The position numbers and the translations under genes were made by a program. DNA of 37,799 nucleotides, taken from assembly GCA_031390075.1 (NCBI GenBank), contig JANMTD010000216.1, positions 1-37,799 of the forward strand. The letters are read 5' to 3'. The first letter of the stretch is position 1, and each line of letters begins with the position of its first letter. The DNA is from Deltaproteobacteria bacterium (lineage in GTDB: Bacteria; Myxococcota_A; UBA9160; UBA4427). The notes under the pieces were generated by a model that was given only the letters and a program-made list of their open reading frames with translations, was not told where the DNA came from and did not search any database. Below, piece after piece: positions 8,333 to 16,306 of the stretch.

Positions 8333-9172
8333 TCAGCCCGCGATCTCGCGGGCGACGAGCGGCACGTGCCAGGCGATCAGCTCCGAGTCGTCGATCTGGT
8401 TCGGATGGAAATCTCGCCGGTACCAGGCGCGATAGGCCGCGGCGGTGCCGCGCAGGAGCCCCGCTTCGCCCCACAAGAAACGGAAACCCTGCGACCAGGT
8501 CGCGCGATCGAACAGGAGACCGTCCTTCCACAGCATGTAGCTCGTGCGCATCAGCGTCTCGAAGGACAGGAAGAACGTGTCGATCCCCATCCCGACGACG
8601 CGCAGCGCGCGGCCGGGCGCGACCTGCTGGAGCACGTCGTAGGCGACCGATTTGTGCTCGGACTCCTCGAGGGCGTGCCAGCGCCAGAGGGGCGCCATGT
8701 CCGGGTGCATCGCGGCGGTCCGACGGGCGCCGTCCGCGAGGATCTGGCGGGCGAGGATCGCGGTCAGATGCTCGAGGGCGGCGGTGATCGCGAGGGAGAG
8801 CTTCGGCGTGTGGCGATTGTGCCAACGCATCAGGCGATCGAGGAAGCGATTGCGCCCGGCGAGAAACGGGTATCCGAAGGCCAGCAGAAGCTCGAGGTGT
8901 TCGTCGTGGAGCCGGCTGTGCTGGCCCTCCTGGCCGGCGAAGCCGCGGATCTGGTCGAGCAGGTCGGTGTTCTTGATGCGATCTCGGTAACAGAGGACCG
9001 AGCGGACGAAGAACGCTTCGCCGAAGGGAAACGTCGACGAGAGCGCATCGAGGAAATGGGTCGCGAAGGCACCGTCGTCGTGCCAGTAGCGGGGAATGCC
9101 TGCCCCACCCGCGTCATCGGACGGCCGAACCAGGGAGAACTTCGGCCGGCGAACCGGAACTGCGTCAGCCAT
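8333..9172 (-). CDS. Predicted metal-dependent hydrolase (PF10118/COG3687-like)
   Basis: YWHDDGAFATHFLDALSSTFPFGEAFFVRSV...IRGFAGQEGQHSRLHDEH...WHALEESEHKSVAYDV matches my recollection of this family. Its ATG (9170-9172) lies 1 nt after the stop of the upstream gene. Confidence 0.7.
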   Translation of the reverse strand: MADAVPVRRPKFSLVRPSDDAGGAGIPRYWHDDGAFATHFLDALSSTFPFGEAFFVRSVLCYRDRIKNTDLLDQIRGFAGQEGQHSRLHDEHLELLLAFGYPFLAGRNRFLDRLMRWHNRHTPKLSLAITAALEHLTAILARQILADGARRTAAMHPDMAPLWRWHALEESEHKSVAYDVLQQVAPGRALRVVGMGIDTFFLSFETLMRTSYMLWKDGLLFDRATWSQGFRFLWGEAGLLRGTAAAYRAWYRRDFHPNQIDDSELIAWHVPLVAREIAG

Positions 9173-9173
9173 C

Positions 9174-10256
9174 TCAACGGCCCTTGACCGACTCGATGAT
9201 CGCCTCGCGCAGACGGTCCGGATCGACGGGCTTCTTGAAGATCACGCCCTCGAGGCCCTCCATGCGGCTTCGCTTGATGATGTGGTCCTTGTCGTAGTGG
9301 AAGGCGGTCATCATCAGGACCGGCGTCTTCGGATAGCAGGCGCGGACCTGGAGATAGAGCTCGTAGCCGTCCATCTTGGGCATCACGACGTCGGACAGCA
9401 CGAGATCGAAGGGCCGTGCCGCGAGCATCGCGAGGGCCTGCTCGCCGTCCTCCGCGACCTCGACCTGGCATCCGTCCGCCTCGAGCATCTCCTCGAGGGT
9501 CCGGCCGATGCCCGGATCGTCGTCCGCCACGAGGATCCGCAGACCGCGAAGGCGCGGATCCGGCGCATAACGCCGGCGCTCGCGGCTGCGCAGATCGACC
9601 ATGCGCGCGGGACCGACGTAGTGGATCGTCTCGTAGCTCTCGCTCGCGACCATCTCGCCGAGGCGCTCGACGATCTCGCTGATGCGGGCGACCTCGCGGC
9701 GGATCGCATCGAGACGCTCGGTCTCGACCGAGCAGTCGCATTCGCCCGCGAGCGTTCCGACCTCGCCCTCGAGCAGCGCCGCCTGGTTCACGATCACGGC
9801 GAGCGGATTGTTGATCTCATGGGCGAGTCCGATCGCGACCTCACCGAGGGTCGCGAGCTTGTCCTTGCGGCGGATCTCGCGGAGATCCTTCGCATAACCG
9901 ATCGTGCCGTCCTCGAGGCCCTCGTCGTCGTAGAGGATCGTGCCGGAGATCGCGACAGGAATATGCTCCCCCGAGCGCGCGACGAAGGTCGTCTCGAGGG
10001 CCTTGACCCGGGATTCACCGCCGTACTCGGGGCTCCGCATCGCGCTCCCGATCCGGCGCGCCTCGTCGATCGTCGGGTAGAACATGCCGACGAATTCTCC
10101 GAGCACCTCCTCGGACTCGTAGCCGAGGGTGTCGTGGGCGCCGTCGTTGAAGTAGATGACGCGCCCCTTGTGATCGGTGGCGATGACGATGTCGGGCGAG
10201 CGATTCGTGAGTCGCTCGAGCTGATCCTTCGTGAGACCCAACTTCGGGAGACTCAT
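9174..10256 (-). CDS. PAS - HisKA(DHp) - receiver protein with no HATPase_c (catalytic ATP-binding) domain
   Basis: The PAS region reads SPDIVIATDHKGRVIYFNDGA...GYAKD. The H-box is GLAHEINNPL. Only about 35 residues follow the DHp helices before the receiver domain (ILVADDD, LVLSDVVMPKMDG, MMTA, KKP). A GGAGGGGAG SD precedes the ATG. Confidence 0.85.
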   Translation of the reverse strand: MSLPKLGLTKDQLERLTNRSPDIVIATDHKGRVIYFNDGAHDTLGYESEEVLGEFVGMFYPTIDEARRIGSAMRSPEYGGESRVKALETTFVARSGEHIPVAISGTILYDDEGLEDGTIGYAKDLREIRRKDKLATLGEVAIGLAHEINNPLAVIVNQAALLEGEVGTLAGECDCSVETERLDAIRREVARISEIVERLGEMVASESYETIHYVGPARMVDLRSRERRRYAPDPRLRGLRILVADDDPGIGRTLEEMLEADGCQVEVAEDGEQALAMLAARPFDLVLSDVVMPKMDGYELYLQVRACYPKTPVLMMTAFHYDKDHIIKRSRMEGLEGVIFKKPVDPDRLREAIIESVKGR

Positions 10257-10348
10257 CGATTGGCTCCCCTCCGGCGAAAAAAGTCGAGCTCCGTCGACCT
10301 GAGTCGAACACGGACAGCGGCCGCCGAACGGCCTTCCGCCCGATGCCG

Positions 10349-11284
10349 TCAGGCGATGCCGTGCTCCCCGAGCCAGCGCTCGGCATCGATCGCCGCCATG
10401 CAGCCCGTACCCGCAGCCGTCACCGCCTGGCGATAGATCGGATCCGCCACGTCACCACACGCGAACACGCCCTCGACCGAGGTCCGCGTCGTCCCCGGCG
10501 CGACCTTCAGATAGCCTGCCGCATCCATCGCCAGCTGTTTGCCGAAGAGCGCCGTGTTCGGCTGATGCCCGATCGCGATGAAGACGGCGTCGAGGGCGAG
10601 ATCCTTCTTCGAGTCGTCGCGCAGGTCGCGCAGTCGAACGCCGGTCACGAACTCGTCGCCGAGGACCTCGTCGACGGCGGAATGCCAGGCGACGTCGATC
10701 TTCTCGTTCGCGAGCAGTCGCTCCTGCATGATATTCGACGCCCGCAGATCGCCGCGGCGGTGGACGAGGGTCACGCGGGTCGCGAAGCGGGAGAGGAAGA
10801 GCGCTTCCTCCATCGCCGTGTCGCCGCCGCCGACGACCGCCATCGGCTTGCCACGAAAGAGCGCGCCGTCGCAGGTCGCGCAGGCGGAGACGCCCTTGTT
10901 CTGGAGCCGCTTCTCGGATTCGAGCCCGAGCCAGCGCGCGGAAGCACCCGTCGCGACGATCACGGAGTCGGCCGTGTAGCGCTTGCTCTCGGTCTCGACC
11001 GCGAAGGGGCGCGCGGAGAAATCGACGCGGGTCGCATCCTCGAAGACGATCGCGGTCCCGAAGCGTTCGGCCTGCTTCTGGAACTCTTCCATCATCAGCG
11101 GGCCGGTGATCCCGTTCGGGTAGCCCGGGTAGTTCTCGACCTCGGTCGTGATCATCAGCTGGCCGCCGTGAACGAGGCCGGCGAGCACGAGCGGCTCGAG
11201 ACCGGCGCGTGCGGCGTAGATGGCCGCCGTGTAGCCGGCCGGGCCGCTGCCGATGATGAGCACACGGCGGTGCTCGGAGTCCAT
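10349..11284 (-). CDS. trxB: Thioredoxin-disulfide reductase
   Basis: It has the FAD-binding motif VLIIGSGPAGYTAAIYAAR, the redox-active CATCDG motif and the NADPH-binding motif VVGGGDTAMEEA. The protein is 311 aa. Confidence 0.95.
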   Translation of the reverse strand: MDSEHRRVLIIGSGPAGYTAAIYAARAGLEPLVLAGLVHGGQLMITTEVENYPGYPNGITGPLMMEEFQKQAERFGTAIVFEDATRVDFSARPFAVETESKRYTADSVIVATGASARWLGLESEKRLQNKGVSACATCDGALFRGKPMAVVGGGDTAMEEALFLSRFATRVTLVHRRGDLRASNIMQERLLANEKIDVAWHSAVDEVLGDEFVTGVRLRDLRDDSKKDLALDAVFIAIGHQPNTALFGKQLAMDAAGYLKVAPGTTRTSVEGVFACGDVADPIYRQAVTAAGTGCMAAIDAERWLGEHGIA

Positions 11285-11383
11285 GCGCTTTCCTTTCGAT
11301 CAGGTCTTGCGATCAGGGGTGGGACGCAGCCGGAGTCTAAGGTCGGCGCGGTGGGCACGCCATCCGACCCGTCTTCTGACCTG

Positions 11384-13072
11384 TTAGAGCGGCTCGGTGA
11401 TCGGAAGCTCCTCCCACATCAGCTGCAGGAAGATCCCGATGAAGAACGACAGGAAGGTCATCAGGAACAGCGCCGACGGGAAGACCCAGAGCGATTCGTA
11501 GCCGACGACGTGCGGGAGCTGGCCCAACATGGGCGGCATCGTCGCCTTCAGGGCCGTGACCGAGATCTCACCCGAGTCCGGCGACCAGTTGCGCACCACC
11601 ATGAAGGGCCCGACGAGGCTGGTCATCACGATGCCGGCCCCGAAGGCCTCGACGACCCCCAGCAGGAAGATCGACCTCGCCCGGGCGAAGGCCACCGAGG
11701 TATCGGGAATGCGGTGGGCGATCTCGACGTAGACGTAGAGCAGGGTCACGAGACCGAGCAGCGTCGTCACGGCGTTGATCGCGAAGGTCGCATGGCTCGC
11801 GAGGTCCCAGACCTCGTCGATCAGGAAGACGGGCAGGTAGCCGACGATGATGCCCGCCCCGATCCGGGGGACCGAGGAGTGGAAGAAGGAGAGATCGCGC
11901 TTCCAGCAGAACCGGTAGAGCAGGAACCAGGCCGCCGCACAATTCACGACGAGGACCTCCGCCGAGCAGACCAGATCGATCCAATCCGGATACCGCGCGT
12001 AGGCGAAGCTGCCCACCACGAAGGGCGACACCAGCGCGGCCAGGGCCAGCGCATGGATGCGCGGCGTGTGCCACGTGAGCACCCCGTTCGCCGTGGCGCG
12101 GCCCGCCGAGAGCGCCGCCGAATAGTTGATGATCGCGGACGCGTTGCGAATGTCGTAGGCGCGCAGGAACCAACGCTCGAGCTTGTCGAGGATGCGCTTC
12201 GTGTTGCGGTCGGCGCGGCGCAGGAACGGCATCAGGTCCCGGCCCCGCTCGATGCGCGTCGCCCCCCGTATGGCGATCGCCGCGATCACCTCGCTCTCGC
12301 GGTCCCGGAACGGCGAATCCTCCTTCTCGAAAGCCTCGTTTTCCTCGTCGAGACAGACCCCCTCGACCCACAGATGGAAGGCGCGCTCGGCCAATCGCAG
12401 GATCATCCGGTCGGCCACGACCTTCTCTCCGGTCTCGAGGACCTGGAAGAATCCGCTCTCGGTCGAGTCGTCGCTGGAATCGACGAGCTGGACACCGCCT
12501 TCCGCATAGCGCTTCAGGTACTCCGGATCGACGCGCCCCGACACGAGCTCGCGCAGGGACTCGTAGATCCGCCGACGCAGCGCGAAGCCCGCGAGGCGCA
12601 GGGGACGACCGCCGTCGAGATCGTGCGTCTCGATGAAGCGCAGGCAGATCTGCGAGAGCAGCGCCAGGTCCTGGTGGAAGCGGAGCTGCTGGCCTTCCGC
12701 GAGGCGACTGCCCCCGTCGGTCTGCTGGAACAGACCGTCGAAATAGCGCGGGGCATTCGAGAGCAGCCGGACCATCAGGTTGCGCGCGTCCCGGGCGGTC
12801 GCCCGGGGACCGAGCAGCCGAGGCTTCGAAAGCAGGTCTTCGAGCTGGAGAAAGAGCTCCGTGGGATCGTGTTCCGGGGCGCGGAAGGAAAAGGTCTCGG
12901 GGAAGATCCGCTCGAATTCACCGCTTCCGCGCGCGACTTCGAAGCGGACCTCGCGGGCATGGAACGCGAAGGTGAATCGGAATCGCAGCTGGAGGCGCTC
13001 GACGCGCAGCTCGAGACGGGGCACGCCGCGCACCGTCGAGATCGAGGATTCCGACGGCGCCGCAGCCCCCAT
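11384..13072 (-). CDS. Membrane protein of unknown function: a soluble N-terminal region of about 330 aa plus about 6 C-terminal TM helices
   Basis: I recognise no family motif. The hydrophobic segments are IHALALAALVSPFVVGSFAYA, LVCSAEVLVVNCAAAWFLLY, IGAGIIVGYLPVFLI, FAINAVTTLLGLVTLLYVYV, IFLLGVVEAFGAGIVMTSLVG and LWVFPSALFLMTFLSFFIGIFLQL. ATG 13070-13072 directly abuts the upstream TAG (TAGATG). Confidence 0.7.
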   Translation of the reverse strand: MGAAAPSESSISTVRGVPRLELRVERLQLRFRFTFAFHAREVRFEVARGSGEFERIFPETFSFRAPEHDPTELFLQLEDLLSKPRLLGPRATARDARNLMVRLLSNAPRYFDGLFQQTDGGSRLAEGQQLRFHQDLALLSQICLRFIETHDLDGGRPLRLAGFALRRRIYESLRELVSGRVDPEYLKRYAEGGVQLVDSSDDSTESGFFQVLETGEKVVADRMILRLAERAFHLWVEGVCLDEENEAFEKEDSPFRDRESEVIAAIAIRGATRIERGRDLMPFLRRADRNTKRILDKLERWFLRAYDIRNASAIINYSAALSAGRATANGVLTWHTPRIHALALAALVSPFVVGSFAYARYPDWIDLVCSAEVLVVNCAAAWFLLYRFCWKRDLSFFHSSVPRIGAGIIVGYLPVFLIDEVWDLASHATFAINAVTTLLGLVTLLYVYVEIAHRIPDTSVAFARARSIFLLGVVEAFGAGIVMTSLVGPFMVVRNWSPDSGEISVTALKATMPPMLGQLPHVVGYESLWVFPSALFLMTFLSFFIGIFLQLMWEELPITEPL

Positions 13073-14272
13073 CTACAGGATCCGATCGCGGGCGTTCTCG
13101 CCGCTCTCGTAGTAGTCCTCGACCTTGCGGGCGAGGCGCGTGATGCCCTTCGGCGCCGGATCGGAATGGGGCCAGCGCTGCGCGGCGATCTTCATGCGGT
13201 CGCGCAGGAGCTGGGCGTCCGGATACTCCTCGACCGACAGCGCGTCGTCGACGTCGAGCCAGCTCGCGATCGCCGTGCGCGTGCGGGACACGCGCTCGGC
13301 GAGCTCGGACATGTTGGCCGACTCGATTCGCGCCTCCTTCACCCGCTCACCGAGGGCCGAAAGCGCCGCCAGCGCGTTCTCGAGCTCGCTCCGCAGCGCA
13401 CCGATCGCCTCCGAGTCGAAGCTCGAGAGCCGCCCCACGATCGACTCGAAGTCCCGCGTCAGCGGCTCGTGGGAGATCTCCTTGAAGAGCACCACGCGCC
13501 CCATCGGCTGGCCCGCGTCGTCGACGAGGGCCTGGCTGGAGACGCGAATGCGGTGGCCCGCGCCGACCCGAAGGTCGACCTCCTCGAAGGAGCCACCCGA
13601 TTCCGCGGCCAGCGCGCGCACGGTCCGGCCGAGGTCCTCGAGATGATTGCGCGCCAGCACCGCATCGATCGAGCGCCCGCGGATGTCGTCGTCGAGGCCG
13701 ATGAAGGCGGTGGCCGGTTTGTTCACTGCCCGCACGATGCCCTCGCGATCGACCGCGATCGCCCCCGTCCGCAGCCGGTCCATCACGGCCGCGAGGAAGA
13801 CATTTGCGTGGCGGAGATCCTCGACGAGGCGCCGATTCTCGACCGTGAGGGCGTGGAGCTCGGCTGCGCGGCGGACGATCGCCTTCAGCTCGTCGGGCTC
13901 CCAGGGCTTGTTGACGTAGCCGTAGATGTGGCCGTCGTTGATCGCCTTGATCGTCGCCTCGGAATCGGCGAAGCCCGTCAAGATGATGCGCACGGTCTCG
14001 GGGAAGCGTTCGTAGACGCGCTTCAGGAGCTCGACGCCGGTCATGCCGGGCATGCGCTGGTCCGTGATGATGACGGCGACGGGCTGGTTCGCGTCGAGCA
14101 GCGCGAGCGCGGCCTGGGGATCCGGCGTCGTCAGGACCTCGTAGTGATCCATGAACGTGAAGGTCAGCGTCTCGAGGATGGCCTCCTCGTCGTCGACGAT
14201 CAGGATGCGCGGGTTGCCGGTGCGACTCAAAATCGCGTCGCCTCGATCAAGCTCGACCAGTCCCGGTTCCAT
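13073..14272 (-). CDS. Response-regulator receiver - PAS protein with a helical C-terminal region and no recognisable output domain
   Basis: The REC domain has ILIVDDEE, VIITDQRMPGMTG, IILTG and NKPW. A PAS-like segment follows (AIAVDREGIVRAVN...GRVVLFKEIS), then about 130 aa of predicted helix. The ATG at 14272 overlaps gshA by 46 nt. The alternative TTG at 14230 overlaps the gshA TGA as TTGA. The ORF-track start at 15655 is an artefact. Confidence 0.8.
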   Translation of the reverse strand: MEPGLVELDRGDAILSRTGNPRILIVDDEEAILETLTFTFMDHYEVLTTPDPQAALALLDANQPVAVIITDQRMPGMTGVELLKRVYERFPETVRIILTGFADSEATIKAINDGHIYGYVNKPWEPDELKAIVRRAAELHALTVENRRLVEDLRHANVFLAAVMDRLRTGAIAVDREGIVRAVNKPATAFIGLDDDIRGRSIDAVLARNHLEDLGRTVRALAAESGGSFEEVDLRVGAGHRIRVSSQALVDDAGQPMGRVVLFKEISHEPLTRDFESIVGRLSSFDSEAIGALRSELENALAALSALGERVKEARIESANMSELAERVSRTRTAIASWLDVDDALSVEEYPDAQLLRDRMKIAAQRWPHSDPAPKGITRLARKVEDYYESGENARDRIL

Positions 14273-15576
14273 TCGCCTCGCCAGCGTTCGAGGATCTCCT
14301 CGCCCGGGCTCATGCCTTTGTCGATCTGCTCGAGCAGCGGATCGAGGAGGTGGGCTTCGTCGCCTCGCTGTTTTCCCTCCGCGGCGATCCGTCGCAGACC
14401 CTCGGCCGCGCAGGCGACGAGCTCGCGCGCGAGATCGATCGCCTTGCGCCCGCCCATCTCGGCGCGCAGGCCGCGCTTCGCGACGTCGAGCTGGCCCGCG
14501 TCGAGCTCCGCGATCGACATCCGCGAGAAGAGCTCCCACGAGGCCTCGAGCGCGTCGGCATCGTAGAAGAGCCCCTTCCAGAGCGCGGGCAGGGCGCAGA
14601 GATGGCCCATCGACGCGGTATCGGCACCGCGCACCTCGACGATCCGCTTGAGCCGGACGTCGGGGAAGAGCGTCGTCAGATGCGTCTCCCAATCGAACAT
14701 CGTCGGATGCATGCCCCGGAAGCCCCGATCCATGAACTGCCGGAAGGTCGTGCCGTCCCCCGCCTCGTAGCGTTTCTCGCGCAGGACGAAGAAGAGCGGA
14801 ACGTCGAGGGCCCACTCCGCATAACGTTCGTAGCCGAAATCCGGCTCGAAGACGAAGGGGATCTGGCCGCAGCGGTCCGGGTCGGTGTCGCGCCAGATCA
14901 TCAGACGCTTCGAGATGAAGCCGTTCTCGCGACCCTCCGAGAGGCTCGAGTTCGCGTACAGGGCGGAGACGACCGGAGTCGCCATCACGCCGAGCCGCAT
15001 CTTCGCGATCATGTCGGCTTCGTCCGAAAAGTCGTAGTTCGCCTGGACGGTCGCGGTCGAATGCATCATCTCGAGTCCGAGGCCCCCGCGCGTCGGGAGA
15101 TAGCTTCGCATCACGGCATAGCGGGCCTTGGGCATCGTCGGGATCTGGTCGACCGGGTGGAAGGGATCCATGCCGAGCGCGAGCCAGGCGATCCCGAAAT
15201 CCTGGGAATGGCGCTTCACGAGCTCCATGTGGTCGTGGAGCTCGGCCCGGGTCTCCTCGCTCGAGTAGAGCGGCGCTCCGGAGAGCTCGAATTGACCGCC
15301 GGGCTCGAGGGTGATGCTGCCGCCCGCAGTCGCCTCGAGGGCGATCGTGCGGCCCTTCTCGTCGACGCGTTCGAAGCCCCCCTCGGCGACCAGCCGGTCG
15401 AAGAGGGACGCGATGCCGTAGGGACCCTCGAAGGGGACGCGATCGCCGGTGTCCTCGTAGACGCCGACCTTCTCGTGCTCGGTCCCGACGCGCCAGTGCT
15501 CGCGCGGCTTTTCCGCCGAGCGGAAATAGCCGACGAGGTCGCCGAGCCCTTCGACGGGCTGGTCCTTCTGGTGCAT
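14227..15576 (-). CDS. gshA: Glutamate-cysteine ligase, plant/proteobacterial type (GCS2 family)
   Basis: WRVGTEHEKVGVY, GGSITLEPGGQFELSGAP, HSTATVQANYDF and IVEVRGAD match plant-type GCL. The protein is 449 aa. An AAGGAG SD lies upstream. Confidence 0.85.
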   Translation of the reverse strand: MHQKDQPVEGLGDLVGYFRSAEKPREHWRVGTEHEKVGVYEDTGDRVPFEGPYGIASLFDRLVAEGGFERVDEKGRTIALEATAGGSITLEPGGQFELSGAPLYSSEETRAELHDHMELVKRHSQDFGIAWLALGMDPFHPVDQIPTMPKARYAVMRSYLPTRGGLGLEMMHSTATVQANYDFSDEADMIAKMRLGVMATPVVSALYANSSLSEGRENGFISKRLMIWRDTDPDRCGQIPFVFEPDFGYERYAEWALDVPLFFVLREKRYEAGDGTTFRQFMDRGFRGMHPTMFDWETHLTTLFPDVRLKRIVEVRGADTASMGHLCALPALWKGLFYDADALEASWELFSRMSIAELDAGQLDVAKRGLRAEMGGRKAIDLARELVACAAEGLRRIAAEGKQRGDEAHLLDPLLEQIDKGMSPGEEILERWRGEWNRDWSSLIEATRF

Positions 15577-15612
15577 GCGACGGCTCCTTCCAGGTCGAGG
15601 CGCGGGCGGCCC

Positions 15613-16272
15613 TCAATCGTAGAGATCCGCATGCAGAAAGGGAACGAGGGCGCACAGGATCGCCTGGGCTCCGTAGGCACTTCGGTCGAGGCGTCCCTGG
15701 GTCAGCTGCCCGATGTTGCCGCCCTGGCGGCCGGAGGCGCCCGTTGGGTTGCTCGAGGCGCCGGACGCGACCGCCCCCGCCATCCCCCGCTCGGCCCGCC
15801 AGAGCGCATCGAAAAGGCTGCCGATGGGCTCCCGGTCCCGGAAGGCCGGGGCGATACAGGCGCCGGGATAGGCAAAGCCCGACGAGAAGCCGGTCCCGTC
15901 CCGGCGGCCGTCTGTGACCCAGGCGCAGCCGACGTTGAAGACCGAGGTCCGGCCTGGCGCGACCGGCTGGTCAGGCTCGAAGGCAACCTCGACGAGGCCA
16001 TCCTCGATGCCGACCGCCAGGACACAGGCTCCCGATGCCAGGGCGGCCCGGGCCCGACCCCGGGCGCCGGCGACGATCTCGGGCCACCCGACGGGCTGCT
16101 CGGGGACACCGCTCGCCACGTTCACACCCACGATCGCCAGCCCGTCGGGCCGATCGGCAAAGACAGCCAAGGCGGCCCGGACGGCCGCGAGCTTGGCGGG
16201 ATTCGCGGTCCCCGCGCGGACGACCTCGCCGCGCAGGGCGCGTTCGAGGGAGGCTGCCATCCGGAATGCCAT
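15613..16272 (-). CDS. Inosine/xanthosine triphosphatase (YjjX/DUF84 family)
   Basis: AGTANPAKLAAVRAA...ASGVPEQPVG..E...GARGRA...GIEDG...G..GQLT.GRLDRS.....AIL.ALVPF parallels E. coli YjjX. Confidence 0.75.
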   Translation of the reverse strand: MAFRMAASLERALRGEVVRAGTANPAKLAAVRAALAVFADRPDGLAIVGVNVASGVPEQPVGWPEIVAGARGRARAALASGACVLAVGIEDGLVEVAFEPDQPVAPGRTSVFNVGCAWVTDGRRDGTGFSSGFAYPGACIAPAFRDREPIGSLFDALWRAERGMAGAVASGASSNPTGASGRQGGNIGQLTQGRLDRSAYGAQAILCALVPFLHADLYD

Positions 16273-16306
16273 CTGGGATGCGGAGGCGGACCGGGACGAC
16301 AGTGCG

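Noticed and set aside
10343-14566. A 1407-aa ORF on the + strand, the longest in the window
   Set aside because: It runs antisense to trxB, the 6-TM protein gene, the REC-PAS gene and gshA, all of which have clear family motifs. Its translation is R/D/E/G/H/A-rich low-information sequence with no motifs. This is the typical stop-free antisense frame of high-GC DNA.
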